Below are positions 36,050 to 44,668 of a stretch of DNA of 64,000 nucleotides, piece by piece. The notes below the pieces were generated by a model. That model ran no database searches. It was not told the DNA's origin and worked only from the letters and a program-made list of their open reading frames with translations. Numbering within the stretch: position 1 is the first letter of the stretch; each line of letters opens with the position of its first letter. Made by a program: the position numbers and the translations under genes. The stretch comes from Escherichia phage HY126. The stretch lies in the sequence record PP658200.1. One strand, 5' to 3'.

Positions 36050-36631
36050 TTATAACAACCCTGTCAAATCATTCCAATGCTTCCGGCATAATGACACATA
36101 TCTATCAGTATCACCAATTTCAATTTGACTGCCATCTGTAATTGGAAGTCCGTCTTCCGTGACTCTAGCTACCATTGTGGCCTTTTTACCACAATGACAG
36201 ACACCTTTAAGTTCAACAAGCTTATCGGCAATAGCCATTAATGCTTGAGAACCTTCAAATAGATTACCTTTAAAATCTGTTCGTAGTCCATATGCCATTA
36301 CCGGCACATTGTATACGTCAACAATACGACTAAGTTGATACACCTTTTCAGTAGTTAAGAATTGAGCTTCGTCAACAAATACACAATGAATATCCTTTTG
36401 TGCTGCAGCCCATTTATAGAATTCAAAGATATCCATGTCTTTTGTAATTATATTGGCGTCCTGACGAATACCAATACGAGAGACTATTTCACCTTTTGAA
36501 TCGCGAGTATCAATAGCAGGTTTAAGAACTAATACACCCATTCCGCGTTCTTTATAATTATGCGCAGCAGTCAAAAGAGAAGCAGATTTTCCAGCATTCA
36601 TTGCTGCATAAGTAAAAATTAAACTCGCCAT
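36050..36631 (-). CDS. tk: Thymidine kinase
   Basis: ORF track 193 aa; MNAGKS P-loop, VDEAQF, CxxC zinc ribbon. Confidence 0.95.
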   Translation of the reverse strand: MASLIFTYAAMNAGKSASLLTAAHNYKERGMGVLVLKPAIDTRDSKGEIVSRIGIRQDANIITKDMDIFEFYKWAAAQKDIHCVFVDEAQFLTTEKVYQLSRIVDVYNVPVMAYGLRTDFKGNLFEGSQALMAIADKLVELKGVCHCGKKATMVARVTEDGLPITDGSQIEIGDTDRYVSLCRKHWNDLTGLL

Positions 36632-36632
36632 C

Positions 36633-36821
36633 TTAGTCCTTAGTTAAATTTTCTAAATATGTTTCTAAATCATTTTCAGCTTTATCGATAGATTTTACTA
36701 ATTCGTAGTATGTTTCAGCATCTCCATAATCCGAAGCCAATTCAAAAGATAAATCTCGTTCTAAACTAATAATTTCGCTGATTAAAAATCGTATTTCATT
36801 CTTTTGTTCGCGAGTAATCAT
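36633..36821 (-). CDS. Hypothetical acidic protein
   Basis: ORF track 62 aa. Confidence 0.45.
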   Translation of the reverse strand: MITREQKNEIRFLISEIISLERDLSFELASDYGDAETYYELVKSIDKAENDLETYLENLTKD

Positions 36822-37024
36822 AAGGAATTTATATAATCAATAAGTTCTTGTTCTTTATCGTCGAAATCTTTACACAGTTCTTCGTATTCGTCGGTATTAA
36901 AAGGACCGCATTCATCGCAAACTTTTTCCAATTCACTATTTTTATCCATAACTTCGTGAATAAGAGAAAACAGTCTGTCTTTTTGTTCTTTACTTAAACT
37001 CATAACCATGTAACCTTTAAGCAA
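36818..37024 (-). CDS. Hypothetical protein
   Basis: ORF track 68 aa. Confidence 0.45.
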   Translation of the reverse strand: MLKGYMVMSLSKEQKDRLFSLIHEVMDKNSELEKVCDECGPFNTDEYEELCKDFDDKEQELIDYINSL

Positions 37025-37227
37025 TATTCTTCTACATGTTGTTTACGACCTTTCTTATCAATAAAGGTATATTCAACGAATGTTCCAATATAGTCTTTAT
37101 CTACATCATGTGGACTATTAATTGGGCATTTAGTACGGCAAATGCGTTCCCATTGACGAATAATTACTGCCTTATTCTTTGGGTCATACGGATGTGGATA
37201 ATGTATATTCATAATAATGGTTCCCAA
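37000..37227 (-). CDS. Hypothetical protein
   Basis: ORF track 75 aa. Confidence 0.45.
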   Translation of the reverse strand: MGTIIMNIHYPHPYDPKNKAVIIRQWERICRTKCPINSPHDVDKDYIGTFVEYTFIDKKGRKQHVEEYCLKVTWL

Positions 37228-37706
37228 TCAACAATCACAATTTCTAGTTTAGTGGAATACGTATCTAAAATCTCTTCAATGACATCCCAGTTTCCACCAC
37301 CGATACCTGCACCAATTCTTGGCATATAAATTACAGGCTTTGTTATCTTATTCTTTCCGAATTCATTTAATTCTATTATACAATTCATTAAAGCAGAGTA
37401 CTCAAAATTAGGTCCCGGCTCAAACTGTGTATAAAGATTAAAGCAATAAGCTTTATGGGTCTTAAAATATTTTTCATAAACCGAATAAGTCCCGAGTTTA
37501 GACTCGTCTCCGAATTCGGTTTGAAGTTTATCGGCTTCCAGAATTTTTGGATAAGCCTTTGCTAATTGTCCTGCTACACCGGCGCCCATTGTATGAAAAC
37601 AATTACACCCATGAGCAATATTATTACCTTTAGAAAACAGGGCGACAATATCGCCCTTGATATAGTTTTTAATCACTTGCTGCAAGTCCTCTAGTATAAG
37701 AGTCAA
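37209..37706 (-). CDS. Macro-domain-like protein
   Basis: ORF track 165 aa; NIAHGCNCFHTMGAGVAGQL resembles macro-domain glycine-rich ADP-ribose-binding loop. Confidence 0.55.
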   Translation of the reverse strand: MTLILEDLQQVIKNYIKGDIVALFSKGNNIAHGCNCFHTMGAGVAGQLAKAYPKILEADKLQTEFGDESKLGTYSVYEKYFKTHKAYCFNLYTQFEPGPNFEYSALMNCIIELNEFGKNKITKPVIYMPRIGAGIGGGNWDVIEEILDTYSTKLEIVIVDWEPLL

Positions 37707-38016
37707 CTAGACGGTCCACCATAGAATTGCATGCTGCCTTATCTTTAGGTTCCGCCACCGAGCATTCTAATATTTGCCATTTTTTATAGTATCTTTTAAT
37801 TAAGGTAGACGCCTTGAACCTACTAGACGCCCCATCTTTTTCTCCGTCTTTATACGCATATAACAATTTTTGTGAAAAATCTACTTTACACTCTTGACTT
37901 TTACCACAATAATCAGACGCCGTTCTGTTTGTATACTCCGTTACATCAGTATATGTAGTATTAGCAAGAGCGCTAAATGAAACCAAGCCAACTATTAAAG
38001 CCAACATTTTGGTCAT
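37669..38016 (-). CDS. Small secreted protein
   Basis: ORF track 115 aa; signal peptide MTKMLALIVGLVSFSALA, four Cys. Confidence 0.5.
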   Translation of the reverse strand: MTKMLALIVGLVSFSALANTTYTDVTEYTNRTASDYCGKSQECKVDFSQKLLYAYKDGEKDGASSRFKASTLIKRYYKKWQILECSVAEPKDKAACNSMVDRLVDSYTRGLAASD

Positions 38017-38555
38017 TCTTTTATTTCCAGTAGTTTATTTGATTTAAGGTAATTAGCCTTTTCTAGGACTTCAGAAGCATATTTACTTCCAGCACTTGTC
38101 TTCCATCCCGCGTTATATGAGGATATAGCTTTTCTTATATCCCCGTTATGTATATTTAACCAATAAGAAAATTCGATATAAGCCCATCTGGCTGAATTAG
38201 ACCGCTTAGATAGCATTTTCTTAATTTGGGCATCAGTCATATTATAACCAAGCTGGTTAATTCTTGCCCTCATTGTTGGTAGATAATTTTGGAACATTCC
38301 ATACGCATGGTGACCTTTCTTATCTTTAAGATTAATACCGGCAGATGATTCCTGCCATAGTATTGCGGCCATTATGTATCCAAGTCCTTTCTTATGCATA
38401 TTTTCATGCGTTTTAAATTTTCCATCCTTAGAAAACTGTTCCCCAAACTGATAAGCATAATTCAAGTTATCGAGTTGGACATTACTAAAAGTATGCTCGG
38501 AGCTATGTGCTGATAATGAAAGAGCAAATAGACCAGCGAGTAGTGCTTTTCTCAT
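38013..38555 (-). CDS. Periplasmic lytic-transglycosylase-like protein
   Basis: ORF track 180 aa; signal peptide; SLT motifs ILWQESS, GMFQ, SYNAG. Confidence 0.6.
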   Translation of the reverse strand: MRKALLAGLFALSLSAHSSEHTFSNVQLDNLNYAYQFGEQFSKDGKFKTHENMHKKGLGYIMAAILWQESSAGINLKDKKGHHAYGMFQNYLPTMRARINQLGYNMTDAQIKKMLSKRSNSARWAYIEFSYWLNIHNGDIRKAISSYNAGWKTSAGSKYASEVLEKANYLKSNKLLEIKE

Positions 38556-38563
38556 GTTTACCT

Positions 38564-39022
38564 CTAGATTTTAATCACTGCTTTAGAAGCTTTTCCTGGT
38601 AGTCGTTTACTGTTAATAATAGCCATTCTGCATTGAAGAGTCTTCATTTTGAATGCTGGATTTTCGCGACAAACTGTAAGTCCTAACCAAAGATTTCCAT
38701 CAGTTATTTCTAAACGGCCTGGGCGATATTCGACACCTTCGACAAAATCTTCATCAACATCTGGACGTGCTGGCATTGATAAAAATTCTGCAACTTCTTT
38801 AACATGATTTTTTACTTTACGAAATAATTCAAAAACGTAATTCTCATCTATTTCTCTCTGGATGGCACGATCTAAGAGATGTTGAGAATACTTGATATGA
38901 AAGCCTGGTAGTCCAAGAGACTTTGCAGCATCTTTTATACTGGCATTTATTTTGCGGAACTCCGTTTCAAAGATTCGACGGAGTTTATTACGGCGGATAA
39001 AAACGTCTGAATTGATAGTCAT
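38564..39022 (-). CDS. regB: RegB site-specific endoribonuclease
   Basis: ORF track 152 aa; near-identical to T4 RegB (MTINSDVFIRRNKLRR...CRMAIINSKRLPGKASKAVIK). Confidence 0.9.
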   Translation of the reverse strand: MTINSDVFIRRNKLRRIFETEFRKINASIKDAAKSLGLPGFHIKYSQHLLDRAIQREIDENYVFELFRKVKNHVKEVAEFLSMPARPDVDEDFVEGVEYRPGRLEITDGNLWLGLTVCRENPAFKMKTLQCRMAIINSKRLPGKASKAVIKI

Positions 39023-39032
39023 TTTGATTTCT

Positions 39033-39079
39033 CCTCTAGTTGACAGGTCTATAGTAACACAACTAGAGGAGAAGTAAAC
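39033..39079 (-). promoter_or_regulatory. Promoter/stem-loop cassette with SD in 3' arm (upstream of regB)
   Basis: Minus sense GTTTAC-ttct-CCTCTAGTTG...TTACTATAGA...CAACTAGAGG then 10 nt, ATG; 10-bp inverted repeat. Confidence 0.5.
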
Positions 39080-39420
39080 TACTCTTTGAAAGGAATTAAC
39101 TTTTTAACTGCTTTAGATACTTCGTCACGAACCTGGTGGAAGTTCTTGAGCTGTTCAAGGCGTTGTTCGTAATACGCAATCTCATCTTCTTCAAGACAAT
39201 CGTCAGCGTCTTCTTTCAGATATGCCTTGTACTCATTAAAGAGGGCCCATAGGCGATTCTCAAAGTCATCAAGGCTTTGAATTTTCTTGTGCTTCGGAAC
39301 AAGGCCAAAAGGATTGCTTTCAGTTATGCGTCGAGATGCTTCATAATGAGTTCCAAAGCCTGATAGGATTTGAGCCATTAGTATTTTTCCTCTGGTTGAA
39401 ATACCGCACGACAAGCCCAC
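39079..39420 (-). CDS. Hypothetical protein
   Basis: ORF track 113 aa. Confidence 0.45.
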   Translation of the reverse strand: MGLSCGISTRGKILMAQILSGFGTHYEASRRITESNPFGLVPKHKKIQSLDDFENRLWALFNEYKAYLKEDADDCLEEDEIAYYEQRLEQLKNFHQVRDEVSKAVKKLIPFKE

Positions 39421-39623
39421 ATACTAGCTTCCTTTAGGCGTTCTTTAGCACAGTTCAATTGGGACAAAGCCGTCAGAGCTTCAGGAGTATTTGCTGATAA
39501 TGCTTCTTCTGCCAGGGCGTCTAGAATAAGTCCTAAACGAACTTCGGCATCTTTAATAGCGTTCACTTTACCGATTTTATCATCGGTATGCGGCTTGTAG
39601 CCTTTGATGTCTTCAATCGACAT
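39378..39623 (-). CDS. Hypothetical 81-aa protein at the T4 vs.4 position
   Basis: Track ORF trimmed to ATG 39623 (GAGG SD); [31 protein letters not shown]... Confidence 0.4.
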   Translation of the reverse strand: MSIEDIKGYKPHTDDKIGKVNAIKDAEVRLGLILDALAEEALSANTPEALTALSQLNCAKERLKEASMWACRAVFQPEEKY

Positions 39624-39837
39624 AAGGAATTTCCTCATCTGTGGCAAGGTCATATTCGACCAATTGGATAGGCTCATTAATACCATATCCACGTACAGTG
39701 ATATCAGTTGCCGGATAGTTTCCAGTAATATCACCCGTTCTAAATGCTTCAATGAATGATTGCTCGCCTGAGCAACTAAACCAGGCGGCAAAACATTTTA
39801 AAACATCTTCAGACCCTTCTATAATCAATTTAGCCAT
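39613..39837 (-). CDS. Hypothetical protein
   Basis: ORF track 74 aa. Confidence 0.45.
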   Translation of the reverse strand: MAKLIIEGSEDVLKCFAAWFSCSGEQSFIEAFRTGDITGNYPATDITVRGYGINEPIQLVEYDLATDEEIPYVD

Positions 39838-40199
39838 TATAGACTCTCAGTAAAGGTACGAGCGATAACGTCACGCTGCTGTTCCGGAGTCAGAGAGTTA
39901 AAGCGAACTGCATAACCGGATACACGGATGGTCAACTGCGGATATTTTTCTGGATGCTTAACTGCATCTTCCAGAGTTTCACGACGCAGAACATTAACGT
40001 TCAGGTGTTGACCACCTTCAATTTTAACTTTAGGTTGATGTTCAATTTCAATTTCACGGGCATTCAAACCGTAGAAAATTTCCGGGTCTACAATAGCGTC
40101 TTCTTTAAAAGTCTTAGAGACAATAATCCGGGCTTGAGTACCGTCTTCAAAATAAATAGTGCCTTTGTGTGTGCCTTCAAGAATTTGATATGCTTTCAT
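39837..40199 (-). CDS. Autonomous glycyl-radical cofactor (GrcA/YfiD-like)
   Basis: ORF track 120 aa; C-terminal [27 protein letters not shown] matches the PFL/GrcA glycyl-radical motif. Confidence 0.85.
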   Translation of the reverse strand: MKAYQILEGTHKGTIYFEDGTQARIIVSKTFKEDAIVDPEIFYGLNAREIEIEHQPKVKIEGGQHLNVNVLRRETLEDAVKHPEKYPQLTIRVSGYAVRFNSLTPEQQRDVIARTFTESL

Positions 40200-40205
40200 A
40201 TAACC

Positions 40206-40514
40206 TCAATTAGAAAATAAATTTATCCAAGTTTTTTCTTTAATCAAAAATGGGACGGAATTAAACGCCATTAAACTTTGAGTGATTAATCCCTTAAATG
40301 GCCCATCAATAAATTCCATTTTGAAATGTGGAATACTAGTCATCAGTCGTGCATTAGGAGCAGTACAAAGAACCTGCTGCCCTGCGAACGGACCTTTAGT
40401 TAAACGATATCGTTTAGGTTTAAAATGGTAAATCTCGTAATTTTCTACAAGCGCCCTTTTATTGCATACTGGACTGTTATAACAATATTCAAAAACTTCA
40501 ATAGTGGTCATCAT
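40206..40514 (-). CDS. Hypothetical protein
   Basis: ORF track 102 aa. Confidence 0.5.
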   Translation of the reverse strand: MMTTIEVFEYCYNSPVCNKRALVENYEIYHFKPKRYRLTKGPFAGQQVLCTAPNARLMTSIPHFKMEFIDGPFKGLITQSLMAFNSVPFLIKEKTWINLFSN

Positions 40515-41086
40515 TGCATTCCAATCACAAAAAATTGAGGACGAGCATTACCGCCGATGCAATATTTGCTTTTACAGCAGTACTGTACTGTTTTAATATG
40601 GACATTGTAAATCTTATCCATATCAGGAGCTTTAATAGGCTCGTCAATTATATACAGAATACGAGAAAGCGTTAATCCACGGAATTTAGAACCTTCATTG
40701 CCAATAAAACTACGAACAGAATCAGTAAATAAACGGAATCGAATATCGTCGCTAGAATAACGAGAAAATTCTTTTTCAATGTTGCCAGCAGAAATTTTAG
40801 CATAAGCTGAAGTATTAGAAAGAACAATAACCGTTCCACCATCATACAGCCAATTAGCAGCAAAGTTAGTCACAGCAATTGATTTACCTGATTGTCGGCC
40901 GCCGTCTAAACGAAGTGTACAGTACTGCTTGAGTACGTCTTCAAATGGTGGGACATATCCGTTCTTACAAATTTCTTCTACTCTAGCATCAGAATGGTGT
41001 GTAAAAGCATTCATCAGGGATAGATAAGGTCCAGTTAAAAATGTTCTCATATTATTTCTCTTAAGGTTTGGGCCATTCCGTGGCAC
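40511..41086 (-). CDS. P-loop NTPase of unknown function
   Basis: ORF track 191 aa; Walker A GGRQSGKS, Walker B ILYIIDEP. Confidence 0.5.
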   Translation of the reverse strand: MPRNGPNLKRNNMRTFLTGPYLSLMNAFTHHSDARVEEICKNGYVPPFEDVLKQYCTLRLDGGRQSGKSIAVTNFAANWLYDGGTVIVLSNTSAYAKISAGNIEKEFSRYSSDDIRFRLFTDSVRSFIGNEGSKFRGLTLSRILYIIDEPIKAPDMDKIYNVHIKTVQYCCKSKYCIGGNARPQFFVIGMQ

Positions 41087-41222
41087 ATGTTAGGTCCTTC
41101 GACTCGCTATGTAAACCCATTACCGCATTGCGCTCGACCTTATTACAGGTTGGAAAAGGTACATCACTCAGAGGACTCGACGTTCATGAGGAGAGGTTGC
41201 GTTTCCCTTTATTAGGCAAGAA

Positions 41223-41552
41223 TTATACTCTAGGCTTTTGAGCTTGTTTGGTATTGGATTCCCATGCAGCTTTGGTAATTTTGTTAGCGGCATAACCAAA
41301 GGCATTAGATAGAACACCTTTAGAGTTGAATACATCCAATCCAATAAGTACACCGGCTGCGTTAAATTTAGGAGCAAAGTATGCATTAGTTTTAGAAAGA
41401 GCTTTTTTCAATTCAGGGTCTTGAACCAAACCATCAAAAACGCCTTTACTATTTACTTTATATGTTACTTTGGGATTTTTACCTTCTTCGATAGCAGCTT
41501 TCTGTTCCGCAGATAATGTAACTTCAGTGATAAACTCTTGATACGTTTTCAT
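41223..41552 (-). CDS. Internal-protein-like, capsid targeting sequence MKTYQEFITE
   Basis: ORF track 109 aa; N-terminal 10 aa match T4 IP targeting/protease-cleavage leader. Confidence 0.65.
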   Translation of the reverse strand: MKTYQEFITEVTLSAEQKAAIEEGKNPKVTYKVNSKGVFDGLVQDPELKKALSKTNAYFAPKFNAAGVLIGLDVFNSKGVLSNAFGYAANKITKAAWESNTKQAQKPRV

Positions 41553-41577
41553 TTTGTTCCTATTGTTTTAATTTATG

Positions 41578-41892
41578 TTATTCTTTAGGGAAGTTTTTAG
41601 AGTATGCATCATAAAGTTTATTACCGATGCGACGGAAGACTTTAGCTGCAAAACGGTTTTCAGGGTTTTTAATCATGATTTGCATCATGTAAGTTCCTGC
41701 ATCCGAAAGAGCTTCTTCATAGTACCCATTAATTTCTTTAAGAGTCCTACGTTTACCACCAGGACCATCAACAGTAATTTTCCATTTACCTGTAGAAGTG
41801 CGGCTAGGTGGCTCAACTTGTTCAATCCAAATATAACCACCTTCAACGCGTTGGTTGGCGGATTCTGCAATAAATTCTTTATACGTTTTCAT
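41578..41892 (-). CDS. Internal-protein-like, capsid targeting sequence MKTYKEFIAE
   Basis: ORF track 104 aa. Confidence 0.65.
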   Translation of the reverse strand: MKTYKEFIAESANQRVEGGYIWIEQVEPPSRTSTGKWKITVDGPGGKRRTLKEINGYYEEALSDAGTYMMQIMIKNPENRFAAKVFRRIGNKLYDAYSKNFPKE

Positions 41893-41913
41893 TTTTGTTT
41901 CCTTGGTTGTTTT

Positions 41914-41952
41914 GATAGAGTAATTATACCATATTAATACTTAAGCGTAAAC
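41914..41952 (-). promoter_or_regulatory. Early-type promoter (GTTTAC-18-TATAAT)
   Basis: Minus sense GTTTAC and TATAAT upstream of 41578..41892; -35 abuts the stop of 41956..42216. Confidence 0.45.
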
Positions 41953-41955
41953 AAT

Positions 41956-42216
41956 TTAAGCTTTACCGCCAGAAATAATTCCGAAGTTGTTAAAATCGTA
42001 TCCAATATCGTCAACATCTACTTTAGGGCTTGCTACAACATAAGCAATTTCACTACGTTTTGCATAGGTGTTGATTTCTTTACCATCGCCACCTAAGAAA
42101 AAATACCCATTACGTTTTAATGAGCCAAAGTCTTCCGCATCACCAATGAAAGCTTTAACTTTAAATTTAGGACCTTTGGCATCTGCTTCAGCGATAAATT
42201 CTTGATACATTTTCAT
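41956..42216 (-). CDS. Internal-protein-like, capsid targeting sequence MKMYQEFIAE
   Basis: ORF track 86 aa. Confidence 0.65.
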   Translation of the reverse strand: MKMYQEFIAEADAKGPKFKVKAFIGDAEDFGSLKRNGYFFLGGDGKEINTYAKRSEIAYVVASPKVDVDDIGYDFNNFGIISGGKA

Positions 42217-42222
42217 TTTTCC

Positions 42223-42636
42223 TTAGTAAATTGATTTACCATAGTATTTGTACCAAGTAGGGCGTTGAGCAATTTTTTCATCTAAGCGAGCTTGACTTAT
42301 CGCAATGGACGCTTCGGACGGGACATAATTATTACGAAATTCGGCAGGGATGTCGGAAATATCCTGGACAGTCGTGTCCTTGATTTTGAAACCACGTTTC
42401 AAGCATTCGGCGATTAGCTCGATTTGACGTAAACGTAAAAATTCGAGTTTGTCGTAAAAGAATGTTACGTGACCTGTGCCTAAGATAAATGTTGGAGAGA
42501 TTTTAAAATCCTTTACACGTTTACCGTTTTGAACATGTTTACGGACTGCACCAAATACGCGTGGTAATTCACGATACTCAGCCATAAGATGTTGGTCAGT
42601 CAGTTCAGAAACAAGTGTTAAATTGATACGAGTCAT
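42223..42636 (-). CDS. denV: Endonuclease V (pyrimidine-dimer DNA glycosylase)
   Basis: Near-identical to T4 DenV from [12 protein letters not shown]; start at fifth codon of track ORF. Confidence 0.9.
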   Translation of the reverse strand: MTRINLTLVSELTDQHLMAEYRELPRVFGAVRKHVQNGKRVKDFKISPTFILGTGHVTFFYDKLEFLRLRQIELIAECLKRGFKIKDTTVQDISDIPAEFRNNYVPSEASIAISQARLDEKIAQRPTWYKYYGKSIY

Positions 42637-42641
42637 AATTT

Positions 42642-42693
42642 CCTCCAAGTAGTTGATGAATGTATAGTATCAAAACCCTTGGAGGAAGTAAAC
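42642..42693 (-). promoter_or_regulatory. Promoter/stem-loop cassette with SD in 3' arm (upstream of denV)
   Basis: Minus sense GTTTAC-tt-CCTCCAAG...TACTATAC...CTTGGAGG-aaatt-ATG. Confidence 0.5.
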
Positions 42694-42694
42694 A

Positions 42695-42976
42695 CTATTT
42701 TTCTGAAGCGCCTGAAATATATTTTTCAAGACGTTGTTTCATCAGCGAGCCGTTCTTAGCGATTTCTTCCGGTTTATCGCACATACGTAACAAGGCTTCA
42801 AGCTTAGCGATATCGCTGGTACGTTCAAATTTGCGAGTATCTATCTTACTAGCAAGTTCAGAAATACGTGCTAGTAGACTTTCGGCTTCAACCAAAGCTG
42901 CACCTAGCTTAGTTGCAAATGTGTCAGTAGCTTCGTTAAGAATAGATTCTGATAAAAATTCACTATAGGTTTTCAT
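42695..42976 (-). CDS. Internal-protein-like, capsid targeting sequence [10 protein letters not shown]
   Basis: Track ORF trimmed to ATG 42976, overlapping gene e stop (ATGA). Confidence 0.65.
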   Translation of the reverse strand: MKTYSEFLSESILNEATDTFATKLGAALVEAESLLARISELASKIDTRKFERTSDIAKLEALLRMCDKPEEIAKNGSLMKQRLEKYISGASEK

Positions 42977-43461
42977 ATATACGCTTTCCAAGTTCCTGTT
43001 TTAAATGTTGAGATTACACGTTTCGCGCGATTAGGTGTCTGACGATACCATTTAGATTGGGCTAGATTTACTGCCGCTTCATCCCAACGTTTCTGTTGAA
43101 GCATACGAAGAGAATTAGTAAAACCAGCGACGCCTGCTACACCCATTTGGAAGACCATATTGACCAATGCACAACGACGAACCGCATCTAAAGAATCATA
43201 TACAGGTTTAAGTTTAGCATTACCTAAGATTCCGCGAACGGCTTTATCAACGTCTTCATTAAATAGCTTTTCAGCCTCATCAAGGGTAATTGTACCGTTG
43301 CATTTACGACCGATCATTCTGTCAAGTTCAGCTTTAGCTACGGCTAAAGACGGGTTCTTTGTTACTAAATGGCCTATGCCAATCGTCCAAAAGCCTTCAG
43401 TGTCTTTGTATAAAGTCAGTCTAAGACCTTCGTCATTACGAAGCATTTCAAATATATTCAT
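42973..43461 (-). CDS. e: Endolysin (T4 lysozyme)
   Basis: Near-identical to T4 lysozyme from MNIFEMLR...[22 protein letters not shown]; track start is an upstream GTG. Confidence 0.95.
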   Translation of the reverse strand: MNIFEMLRNDEGLRLTLYKDTEGFWTIGIGHLVTKNPSLAVAKAELDRMIGRKCNGTITLDEAEKLFNEDVDKAVRGILGNAKLKPVYDSLDAVRRCALVNMVFQMGVAGVAGFTNSLRMLQQKRWDEAAVNLAQSKWYRQTPNRAKRVISTFKTGTWKAYI

Positions 43462-43463
43462 AA

Positions 43464-43487
43464 TACCTCCCACGTTTATAGGAGGTA
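43464..43487 (-). promoter_or_regulatory. Gene e translational-control hairpin (SD sequestered; late-promoter-like TATAAACG in loop)
   Basis: Minus sense TACCTCC-TATAAACGTG-GGAGGTA-tt-ATG; same architecture as the T4 gene e SD hairpin. Confidence 0.55.
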
Positions 43488-43495
43488 TTTATTAC

Positions 43496-43954
43496 TTATA
43501 GGAGTGTAGTGAGCACCTTATATAATGATTTGCCCATTACATATTCCCATTGAGAAGGTTTAATTAAAGCGAATGCATCAAATTCAGGAATCTGTCGTCC
43601 GTCTGGGAATGTATGATATGAATTACAAACACTGTTTCTGAATTGCTCGTGCTCTACAGGGATGGTATATAGGAACAGATGAATATTCTTATTGTCTGAG
43701 TAATGATGTTCGCCTAGGTCTTTCAGGAAGGCAGGGTCATATTGTGTAAACCCAGTTTCTTCTTCGCATTCACGAATAGCGGCTTCAATAGGAGATTCAC
43801 CAGGCTCGACACGTCCTTTAGGAATATCCCAGCGATGAGCTAATGCACCTTTAGGACGAGAACCAGTTACACGCCCCATGAATAATTCTTTATCTTCGGT
43901 AAGGAAAATAATACCAGCTGATAATTCTTTCACTTTATTTTTCTTACTCATCAT
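43496..43954 (-). CDS. nudE: Nudix hydrolase
   Basis: ORF track 152 aa; Nudix box GRVEPGESPIEAAIRECEEETG. Confidence 0.85.
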   Translation of the reverse strand: MMSKKNKVKELSAGIIFLTEDKELFMGRVTGSRPKGALAHRWDIPKGRVEPGESPIEAAIRECEEETGFTQYDPAFLKDLGEHHYSDNKNIHLFLYTIPVEHEQFRNSVCNSYHTFPDGRQIPEFDAFALIKPSQWEYVMGKSLYKVLTTLL

Positions 43955-44195
43955 CTCGGTCCCATGATTTGGCCATTAATTCGGACATAAATTCTTCAAT
44001 GCGCGTTTCTTTAGATGGACTTTCACTATTAGAGACCGCAAGTTTGTAATCTGCAATAGGACAGAACATATCAAGGTCCATATTAAGGTCGTCTTTGATT
44101 TTTTCTTCTGACACATCTTTATCGTATGTGTACAGATAACTATCACATGATTCTGATTTAATGTAAATTGCTATACTCATCTCAAATTCCTGCAT
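43944..44195 (-). CDS. Hypothetical acidic protein
   Basis: ORF track 83 aa. Confidence 0.45.
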   Translation of the reverse strand: MQEFEMSIAIYIKSESCDSYLYTYDKDVSEEKIKDDLNMDLDMFCPIADYKLAVSNSESPSKETRIEEFMSELMAKSWDRDDE

Positions 44196-44668
44196 TCGGT
44201 AATAAAACGTTCAACTTCATTATTCTTGGCTTTTATCTTGTCTTTATGTTCTTGTAAACTACTTTTAATAAGATTAATAATGATGCCTACAGTACCTCCA
44301 CCAATTATACCGCCAATTATACTTACGATAGTAGATGCTAATAAGATAGCAATAATATCAACAAAACCGAAAGAACTCACCTTAGTACTAAAAAACCACA
44401 CTGATGGTACAAATATAATCCATCCTGTTATCCATTGACACTTATTGAAAAACTTTTCAAGCTCAGCTTGAGTTGTTCGTATTACTTCATCGATAGGTTG
44501 ATAACCATTAATATGTCTGTTCACGATAATACCTGCTGGCTGGTCGATTTTAAATTCTTGGCAAATACGTTTCACTAAGTAGGATGGACATCCTGTCCAA
44601 TCCACTGAATAGTACGAAATACCTTCATTGCCGTCGTCAATATTAGACCAATATGTTTTGTTAATCAT
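44177..44668 (-). CDS. Membrane protein, C-terminal ERFITECR motif family
   Basis: ORF track 163 aa; hydrophobic helices then Lys-rich tail ending NEVERFITECRNLR. Confidence 0.55.
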   Translation of the reverse strand: MINKTYWSNIDDGNEGISYYSVDWTGCPSYLVKRICQEFKIDQPAGIIVNRHINGYQPIDEVIRTTQAELEKFFNKCQWITGWIIFVPSVWFFSTKVSSFGFVDIIAILLASTIVSIIGGIIGGGTVGIIINLIKSSLQEHKDKIKAKNNEVERFITECRNLR

